Source of the DNA: Fonticula alba ATCC 38817
Lineage: Eukaryota > Protista > Nucleariida
Reading direction: 5' to 3' (one strand)
DNA length: 31,508 bases
Assembly (NCBI GenBank): GCA_000388065.2
Contig: KB932208.1
The notes below the pieces were generated by a model, which saw nothing but the letters and a program-made list of their open reading frames with translations, searched no databases and was not told the DNA's origin. This document shows, in pieces, positions 23,061 to 31,508 of the stretch. How positions within the stretch are numbered: position 1 is the stretch's first letter; every line of letters starts with the position of its first letter. Both the position numbers and the translations under genes were made by a program.

Positions 23061-23927
23061 TTTGCCGGGCTCTCGAGCAAAGGGGCCCTGCGCGCGCTCC
23101 TGCCTCGGTCGGGTCCGGGGTGGGGGGGGGAGCAACTTCCCCCGCGAGAGCCGTGTGGCTGGGCACAAGTCGGCCCGCGCGGTGGCATGTCCGCCCCAAG
23201 TCAAGGCAGTTCTTTCTTGGGCAGGTCGTGTGGTCTTGTCCCATTGTCCAAGGGGCGCGTGTAGGAACTGCCGGTCCCTCGGCCCGTTGCTTCCTGCTGC
23301 AGGGCTGAGTGCGTGGGCTCAAGAAAGGACGCCCCCGCGGGAGGGCCGAGCCGGCGAGAAGGTAATAACCACCCTGGCAGTGTGTGTGTGTGTGTGTGCA
23401 TGTGGCACGAGCCCAGTTCTTTTTAGGCTCCCGCCCTCCGCGCTTCCGGCCGCCATTTCGGTCGGAGATGCCATCGCCATTTCCGCGGGGCGTCGCCACC
23501 AGGGGTGGGGGTACATACCCAGGGGGACCGGGGCGTATGACTGCGCACGTACATTTATTTCGAACGCACGGGGTCGCGCGGAATGACGCGCCTGAGGGTG
23601 GTCGGTGCACGCAGTCGCGGGCTTCTTTTCGGGGAAACCGTGGTCATCCTTGGGACCCGGCGCGCGCGCACGGTGCGCGCCGACGCCCGTTGCGGCTCTA
23701 CCAGGAAACACTTGCGCCTTGGAGGTGGATGGAGTTCGCGGAGGGGGGGGGGGGAGGCCGATCCCTGGTCATTCTTCTTGTGGCATGCTATTGTCGATGA
23801 AGACTTGCTCTTTTTTCTTATCCCCCCTCCTGCCCCCTCCCCTCCCTCGTCCTCTCCCTCTCTCTCTCTCCCCCCCTTCTCCCCTCCCCCTACTCCCCTC
23901 CTTTCGCCAAGAGCCTACCCCGCCCAG

Positions 23928-25519
23928 ATGACGTTCCCGGAATCATCGACATCCCTCACGGTCTTCGCCGGATCATGGAACATCAATGACAACCACAAGA
24001 CCTTGGGAGCGCTCCACCAGTGGCTTAACCCCGGTCTCTGTCCCTCCCCCCCCCCCCCCCTCCCTGCCCCGCCGGCTCCTCGCCTGTGGCCTCTTTCGCT
24101 GCCTGTGCCGCCCCTGTCTCCTAACACCTGCCTTGATCCTCCCAGCCAACCCGGATCTCGTGGTCCTTGGCTTCCAGGAGTTCGATTCCTCGAAGGACGC
24201 CTACTTCGAGAACAATGCCAAGACCTCCGGCCTGTGGATCGACGAGACCATCAGCCTGCTGAACCGTGCCTCGACCACTGGCACGTACTCGCTGCTTTCC
24301 TCTTCGCAGCTTGTCGGCATGCTGATCCTCGTCTTCGCCAAGGATACCCTCATCCAGGAGTCCATCACCCAAGTCGATGCGTCCATGGTTGGCACCGGCC
24401 TTGGCCGCATTCTCGGCAACAAGGTATGCATGGCTCCCCGGCCTTGCTTTTGGCCGTGTGGGTGTGGCTGTGAAGGGCACATCAGGTCCATGTCTCCGTT
24501 CCCTTTGCTGACGCCCACGTGTCCTCCCCCCTTTCTTCCTCTTCCTCCTCCCAAAGGGCGCTGTGGCCGTCCGCTTCAACATCGGCTCCACCTCCTTTGT
24601 CTTCATCAACAGCCACTTCAACGCCCATGTGCCGAATGTCCAGCGCCGCAATGAGGACTTCCGCGAGTACGCCGCTCTCCCCCCCCCCCTCCCCTTTTCC
24701 CCAGTCCACTTCCCCCCTCTGCGCTGGCCCGCCATGCGTCACCCGGCATACACACGCTCACCCACTTGTCCGCCCCCTTTTCCAGCATTTGCCAGCGCAT
24801 GCTCTTCTTCTCGGATGTTAATTCCGACATTCCCCGTGCCACGGTGGAGGACCTCCTGAGCCGGCCATCGCAGGATGAGGACTCCGTCATCCAGGCTCAG
24901 AATGAGTTCCAGTGCGCGCGGAGCACGTACACCGCGCCGCCCGTGCAGCCCAGCACCGATGGCCTCACGCGCATTGGCGACCACGACGTCATCGTCTGGC
25001 TCGGCGATCTGAACTACCGCGTTGAGCTGGACCGCGCCGACCTCATGACCCACATCGCCGAGGAGAACTGGGGCAAGCTCTATGCTCATGACCAGCTGAA
25101 GTGCGTGCACTTGACTGCGCCGGCGTCTTCCCCCCCCCCCCCCCCCTTGCCTGCTGCTCAGTGCCGCTGACTCCCCGTGCCACCCTTTGCCCTCCCATCA
25201 CTCCTTCGCAACAAACATCTCCACGCTTAGCCGCGAGATGGCCGCCGGGAGAGTCTTCCAGGGGTTCACCGAGCTGGTCCCCGCCTTCCCGCCAACCTAC
25301 AAGTTCGACATCGGCACCAACAACTATGACTCTTCCAAGAAGCAGCGCAACCCGGCCTTCTGCGATCGTGTCCTTTGGCGTATTCCCACCGCCCCGGGCT
25401 ACGCCCTCCAGCCGTCCATCTTCGATTCCCTCCGGACCCTGTGCAATTCCGACCACAAGCCGGTTTTCCTCGGCTTCTGCGTGTCCTTCCCAGCTGGTTC
25501 GCAATCCTCAAGCACCTAG
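23928..25519 (+). CDS. Inositol polyphosphate 5-phosphatase (IPPc domain, INPP5B/OCRL/synaptojanin-like catalytic core), 365 aa. Exons 23928-24033, 24146-24423, 24557-24666, 24786-25100, 25231-25519
   Basis: Motifs VFAGSWNIN, DLVVLGFQE, QLVGMLILVF, GNKGAVAVRF, FINSHFNAH, VWLGDLNYR, FPPTYKFD, RNPAFCDRVLW, SDHKPV. Four GT-AG introns give a 1098-nt frame-consistent CDS ending in TAG. Confidence 0.93.
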
Positions 25520-27206
25520 AGCGCGCGCGCACCCCCCTCCCCTCTCTTCCCTGCCCCTTCCATCCCTCCTCTCCCCACCTGCACCTGTCCAAGTGAGAAA
25601 GAGCGCTCGTTTGTCCGCCACTCCCCTTCCTCCTCCCTTCCCCCTGTGTGTTGCTGTTGCTCGAGATTTCGACCTACATTTTTGTTCCTCCCCTTTTCTG
25701 CCCCTCTTTCCTCTGCCCCTGCATCTGTTCCACCGCTGCAGGGTGCCCTGTTGTGTCCTTGCGCCATCTCTTCTCTCTTCCTTCCAAAAAAAAAAACAAG
25801 ACAAAGCACTCCCCTCCCCCGACGCCGCCCTGTGTGCTGACTCCTGCGGCCGCACACCCTTGCTTCCCTTTCTCTTTTTTTTTTCCCACCTGAAAAGCGC
25901 GCTTTGCTGGGCCGGAGCGGGTTTCGCCTCAGAAGAAAACCGGCTACCTCCGGTCCATCTTTGCCTCTTACCTGCGCAAGCATTCGGTCCTTGTGGTGAC
26001 TGTCACCTTCGTCATTAGCTTCTCCATCTGTCATCTTCTCCTCACATCAAGCTAGAGGACACACGCGTCTGTGTGCGAATGTGTGTGTGTGTGTGGGTGC
26101 GAAAGAGAGGGAGGGACAGGGGGCACTCGCGTCTCCATGCCCGTGTGCACCCTGGTAGTGTGCCCGCGATGGGAGGCCTGCCCTCACCTCACTCATCAAT
26201 AGAAGGAAACCCCGCAACGTTGTCGAGAATATGGCCGGGATGTGGGGACAAAGGGGTGGCGATGTAGCTGGTGCCCCCGGCTGGGGCGCGCGTTTTTGGC
26301 CATTTCGCTTGGGATCGCCGGGGCCCGCCCGACCTCACGGCACCACCTTGAGAGCGGGCGCCTCCCCTCTCGGCCTCGGGTTCTGGCCCCGCCCGCGTAC
26401 ACGCATTTACGACCCCGGCCAACACAAGCCCACCCCGGATGGCGGGTCGCGAAGGGGCCAAACGTTGGCAGGTTGCGGACCCCGCGCCGGGCGGAAAAAA
26501 AAAACTCCTCGACCGTACGCCGCCTGGCCCCCGCCCCCTCCTCCCCCCCTTCCCCGGTCCCGAGGGCTCGCTCGCTGGGAAGTTTCTCGGAACAATAGGC
26601 AGAGGATGTCGCTCGGGAGGGCGCGTCTGAGTGATCCACTCCGCTGAATGGGCCAAGACACATGCGCGCTCTCTTGGCTGCCTCGACATGCGGAGAAGGG
26701 GGAACCGAACTGGCGAGATATTCCGAACGCCCGGGCTAAGGCCAACGGGTCCCGGGCGAAGGGGCGGACTAATCCCGGCAGAAATGATGAATGTGCATGC
26801 GCGCATGGTCTCCAAGAGGCGGAAGGAAAGGAGACACGTATATGCATGTGAAAGAGGGGGGAGTGTAGTCGAGTTTCGTGCGAGAGAAGGGCAACGAAAC
26901 ATGGGGGGGGGGGGCTTGACAAGTACAGGCAGTGGTCCTCCTCCGATTGGGGTGGAAGTGGCAAATTGACGGAGCGAGGCAAAGTGTCTAGGGAGAGGGA
27001 AGAGGAGAGAGGGGGGAGCAGCGATGCGGCGAGGGGCAATCGAAGGGACGGGCCCGAACGAGAGAACACATCGCCCTGAAAGCCATCTGGGTGGGCAGGA
27101 ACACCCACAGGATAGGGTGGGGCCCCCATTCAACAGTGGCACATCCCTCTCCTCGGCTGGCAAGGAGAAAAATAGGGAGGCGAACGGCCAGAAGTTGAGG
27201 ACAAGG

Positions 27207-27239
<33 letters not shown>

Positions 27240-27576
27240 GGGGGGGGAGGGAGAGAAGGCGGCCATGTGCAGGACGTGTTGGGCAGGCCCCGCGCGATCG
27301 AGAGACAGACAGCATGGCGGTGTCGCCTGCGCGGGACAGAGATGTGCGAAAAGGGGCCTGTGTCAGTGGTGTAGGCGGCAAACACGCCATTGGGCTGTGA
27401 TGCGGTAGGAGGGATGCACGGGCTTCCGCGTGGAAATGCGCCATTCAGAAGGACAAACGAAGGTGGGGAGGGGGCGCATCTGCACGTACATGCCAGTACA
27501 CACACGCATACGCGCGTTCACACGCATACACACAGACACATGATGCCCGTGGGTCAAGATGACTCCGTGCAGGATG

Positions 27577-28554
27577 TCAGCCCTTCGGAGTTAGCACCAG
27601 CGGCGACACGGCCGAGGCGGTGCCACCACCGGATGGCCGGACCACCGCTGCACCGGAGGCTCCCGCGCCGGCAGCCATGCTCGAGGACATGGCCGGCCCC
27701 GCAAGGCCATCTGACACCTTGAGCGAAAAGATGGACGCGTAGCCATCGGGGCCGACGCCAGGCGAGGTGTCCCCAGTCGGCACCACGGGCGTCAGTGCCG
27801 GGCACTCCGGAAAGTCGCCCTCATCCACGTCAGACGAGGCATACGCCCCGAAGGAATCCGCCAAAACATGGTGGATCTGTGTCCCATGATAGGCTTCCAC
27901 ATCGGAGGAATATTCCGGGAAGGCTGGCGTCAAGAAGGCCAAGCCAATCGGGATCCCGATGGAAGCGCGCTGATGGCCGTCAATCAAAAACTCACTGAAG
28001 TAGGTGCAGTCGCGCCGGCGATCTTCGGCGGCCGCGGCGACGGCGGCGGCCGCGGCTGCCGCCGCAGCAACAGCAGCCACCGCCGCCGCCGCCGCCGCGG
28101 CTGCCGGCGATGCTCCAGGTCCCGTCCCCTCCCCCGATTCGTGGCCCAGGGCCGGCGGCAGCGGGCTACCGCCGGCGTTGGGCAGACGCCCCGGAGGCGA
28201 GGGAGAAGAAACTGAAGAACCACCATCACCACCGGCCAGGGGGGTGGCCGAGCAGCTTACCGCAGCAGACGACCCAGTCGCCGGGACCGCCAGCGACAGC
28301 GACGAGGAAGATGCCGACGTCGCCAGAGAAACCGACCCCTCCATCGGCCGGGGACTATGGTTCCCGGAGTCGAAGAAGGAGGGCGAGGAGGAAGCCCGCT
28401 CGAAGGGCCCAGGAGCCGATGTCAGCCCCTCGGCAGCCCGGGGCGAAGGTGGCTGCGAGCCGAAGCCCACCGACGCAAACTGCTCGGCCAGTGGGCCAAC
28501 TCCGCCGCCACCACCACTCATGGGGCCACCGCCGCCACCGCCGCCGCCGCCGCC

Positions 28555-28586
<32 letters not shown>

Positions 28587-29423
28587 TACTGATGCTGATG
28601 CCGGGGCCGGCATTGCCATGGTCGCTGCCACTCCCCAAGGGGTCACCCCCCCGGGCAACATCCTCCTCCGAGGAGGACGAGCTCACCCGGGTCGGATGCA
28701 GGGGCAGCGGCAGCCCGGGCCCGGAAGACGTGCCCGGCATCATCGGCCACCGGCCATCCAGGTGGTGCCCAGCCGGCGCTTGGTGATGGCCGGCCAGGAC
28801 AGACAGCTCCAGGCCGTCGAACTGAGACAGCAGGCCGGAGGCTGTCAGCGGAAGGGCCGCCAGCTGGGCGGCCGCCGTGAGAGCCGACCCAAACTTGGGG
28901 CAAGTGTGGAAGGTACAAGGCGGAGGAGCGCCAGATGAAGGCCCGGGAGTGGAGGAATGCCCGCCGTCAGTGTCGACCCCTGCGATGCCCAGGGCCGTGG
29001 GAGAGGCGGCGTCCATGCTGGTGGCAGCGCCAACAGCGGCAGCAGTGGTACCAGTGGTGGTGCCGGCGGCGCTGATGAGCCCCCCAGTGCCGATGGGGCT
29101 TGGAACGCCCGTGGCAGACATCGCCATCCCCCCGGCGCTGCCCGTCGGGGAAAGAGAAACGTGGGCGGGCCAGGCCCCCTCGAGGGGAGCGGCAAAGTGC
29201 CGGGCTTCGGCCGACGGCGGAGACGGCGGGGGAGACACCTCGCGCGAGTGGTTCAGCAGCAGGCTAGTCAACGAAGGCCCGGTAGCGCCGCCAGCGCCGC
29301 CAGCGAAAACCTCCTCCACACCGGAGGGGATGCTGCTGGTCGAGAGTTTGCCCATGGAGAAGGCGGCGCCATTATTGGCTGTATATGGGCGACACGCGTA
29401 TGGTCGGACGCGCGTATGGTCGG

Positions 29424-29477
<54 letters not shown>

Positions 29478-30203
29478 ACACATACATACATACATACATA
29501 CATACATGTATGTATATCCATATTTGTGTGTGTATGGATGCCAAAAACACGGAAAATACACGGCAAGGCCCAATGAATCAAGGCCAAGAGGCCGGCAGAG
29601 GGAGAGACCGGGGGAGGGAGCAGGATTCGGTGATGTCAGAAAAGAGACGAGCTCCTCTCCACCCGCGTGCACAGTCGCCGTCGGGGGCATGGGCAAAAGA
29701 ACGGTCCGGACAGAGGAGCAGCCAGGCCCATGGGGCGGCACAACGCACCGCTGGTTGCCCCGGAGGGACATTCGTGTGAAGAGGAGGAGGAGCGAGAGGA
29801 AGCAACAGCCTCACCGCCATCCGGGCAGTAGGCCACATCGTCCTCGGAGTATGGCGGGGCCAGAATATCGAAAAGAACTGATGGGGCATCCGGCAGGGCA
29901 GCAAACGCGTGGATGTTCCCGCCGCTGGTGGGAAAGAGCGTGTGCAGAGCCGGCGCCTCGACCACCTGGTCGGCAATGCGGATGGCCTCCCGGCCGCCGA
30001 AGGACCGGACAGTCTGCCGGAGGCTCTGGAGGGCCTGGTTCCTCATGGTGTCCAGTACGGCCCGCGCAGAGTCCGAGCCGAGGGACGCCGCAGCCGGGGC
30101 GGCACTGGAAAGCGGGGTGGGATTGGCCATGCCGTAGGGGGACCGGACGGCCGGCCGCGTCCCGCCGCCCCCGGTGGCGGTGGTGGTGGTGGCGGCGGCG
30201 GCA

Positions 30204-30236
<33 letters not shown>

Positions 30237-31104
30237 GCCGAGGAGCCGGCCAATGTCGCATCCAGGCCGGAGCTCTCCCCAGCGGCGGCCAGGCTCCCGG
30301 AGGAAGAGGATGAGGAGGCCGAGCAGGAGGATGAACAGGAGGCCGACCCGCAGGGGGTCCACACCGGGGCCGACCCGGGCGAAGCCACCCCCCCGGCCGG
30401 GGGAGCCCCATCGCCGGGGCAGACATGGGCGGCCGAGGTGCCGACCGGGAGGGCATCGATGCTGGTGACGGTGGCAGCGGCCCCGGAGGTGGCCATGGTG
30501 CAGGGGGTCGTGCCCTCGCCGGGCCCAGGGAGGGCCAGGGGGATGGGCCGGAAGTTGAACCCGCCGACCGGCTTCTGGAAGAGGGCCTGAGGGGGGGTGT
30601 TTTCCACCCAGTCGAAGGCCTGGTGGCGAACACTGCCCCGAACGACCGACGTGATGACCGTCATGTCGGGATGGTCGTGGAGCGGGAGGTAGGCCCCGCA
30701 GCCGAGTAGGAAGACTCCCATCGACACGTAGGGGGTGTGCAACACCTCGTAGTATGTCACATGGTTGGGCGGCTGCGAGCGGAGGCGCTCTTCGGTGATG
30801 CCCAAATGCGCGATGGTGAGCTGGCCGAGGAGGGTCTGTGGAGGTAGCGCGCCAGGGGCGTCAGTGCTTTTGCGGGGATGGACGTGGCGAGGAGGCCATG
30901 ACCGAGGGAGGGGACGGGGGGCAGCGTGTGGACATGCAAAGGCACCTTCAGTGACAGGAAGAGGACGTGGTCGGTCGGCTCGCCGAAGTTCGGCCGGCCC
31001 TGGTCTGTGGTGAAGAGCCGATGAGAAAGGATGGAGATGCGGTCCAAGAGAGAGAGGGACGGGCCCCGACAAATGTCGAGAAGCTCATCACAGCGGCCGC
31101 ACAT
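27577..31104 (-). CDS. ADO: 2-aminoethanethiol (cysteamine) dioxygenase / plant cysteine oxidase (PCO_ADO cupin) homologue, ~993 aa with two large insertions. Exons 31104-30946, 30835-29815, 29378-27577
   Basis: SMGVFLLGCGAYLPLHDHPDMTVITSVVRG...AFDWVE; TLFPTSGGNIHAF; LFDILAPPY; RRRDCTYF; AYHGTQI. The three Fe-ligand His are at codons 30679, 30673 and 29911. Introns 30836-30945 (phase 0) and 29379-29814 (GTGAGG...ATACAG, phase 1) give a 2982-nt CDS ending in TGA at 27577-27579. Confidence 0.88.
29433..29507. repeat. (CA)n then (TACA)n microsatellites in ADO intron 2
   Basis: Read directly. Preceded by a 16-bp direct repeat (CGCGTATGGTCGGACG x2, 29395-29426) next to the acceptor. Confidence 0.9.
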
Positions 31105-31199
31105 CGTAGCCAATGCGCGCGTCCGCGAGGAGGGGAGAGAGAGAGGGGGAGGGAGAAGGGGAGGGAAGCGTGTGGGCGTAGTGTGGGGCCTGGCTACGA

Positions 31200-31200
<1 letters not shown>

Positions 31201-31244
<44 letters not shown>
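31201..31244. repeat. Poly-G44 (poly-C on the ADO sense strand)
   Basis: 44 consecutive G upstream of the ADO ATG. On the minus strand it is flanked by CTGAC/CTAAT upstream and GTCGTAG downstream, like an intron 3' end. Confidence 0.85.
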
Positions 31245-31245
<1 letters not shown>

Positions 31246-31429
31246 GAGAATTAGTCAGTGGGTCGCCAACTGGCCAGTGGGGAGAATGGCTTTTGACTAT
31301 CAAGGCGCCGGAGGACCCATGACAACCGGCTATGATCATGGACTGGCGAGAACGAGGGGGATGCGCCGGAAGTCACAGGCGCACCCTCGCCCAGAGTGAG
31401 TGTGTAGTCCCAGACACACGCAAGTGGAC

Positions 31430-31471
31430 AGACGGACGCACACAGACGAACACACGCACACACGCACACAT

Positions 31472-31508
<37 letters not shown>
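31430..31508. repeat. (CA)n microsatellite running off the window end
   Basis: Read directly. Confidence 0.85.

Noticed and set aside
14256-25519. A functional 'inositol/phosphate cluster' of the SPX gene and the 5-phosphatase
   Set aside because: The two genes are separated by an unrelated opposite-strand gene. This 5-phosphatase class acts on phosphoinositides/InsP3 rather than PP-InsPs, and proximity alone is weak evidence in a eukaryote.
25520-27570. ORFs in the 2-kb region between the convergent 5-phosphatase and ADO genes
   Set aside because: Low-complexity translations crossing GA/CA and poly-G tracts, with no coding-like codon pattern and no RNA-gene signature recognised.
31111-31113. 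ADO start at 31113 (MATMCG...) as given in the ORF track
   Set aside because: That codon is TTG, a prokaryote-style alternative start. The first in-frame ATG in the window is 31104.
31286-31395. Possible first exon of a plus-strand gene (MAFDYQGAGGPM... followed by GTGAGT)
   Set aside because: Short and without homology. The same region reads equally well as a minus-strand intron upstream of ADO, and it cannot be resolved at the window edge.
1-31508. tRNA, rRNA, transposase/reverse transcriptase or telomeric repeats
   Set aside because: None recognised by eye on either strand; a tRNAscan-SE/Infernal/RepeatMasker run would be needed to exclude them formally.

Overview
Very GC-rich eukaryotic genomic DNA from a draft assembly, with spliceosomal GT-AG introns of about 100-480 nt and four N-gaps. 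The style (C-rich introns, CA/poly-C tracts, long low-complexity proteins) resembles a protist such as Fonticula; this is inference only. Six intron-containing genes can be reconstructed by hand: (1) a large RasGAP-domain protein (+, 5-7361, probably 5'-partial); (2) a triple-CCCH zinc-finger protein of the ZC3H4/6/8 type (+, 8811-11647); (3) an SPX domain fused to a bacterial-type succinylglutamate desuccinylase/aspartoacylase (M14) metallo-hydrolase (+, ~14256-17061); (4) a ~1300-aa low-complexity orphan (-, 17960-22619) broken by two Illumina-adapter-containing false duplications; (5) a compact inositol polyphosphate 5-phosphatase (+, 23928-25519); (6) a cysteamine dioxygenase/plant cysteine oxidase (ADO/PCO) homologue (-, 27577-31104). 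The ADO cupin is split by two very large low-complexity insertions, and its first in-frame ATG gives a Met-Cys N-terminus, the substrate motif of this enzyme family. The most interesting signals are the SPX-M14 fusion and the ADO features. Most ORFs in the supplied track are GC-rich shadow frames. No tRNA, rRNA, CRISPR array or mobile element was recognised.
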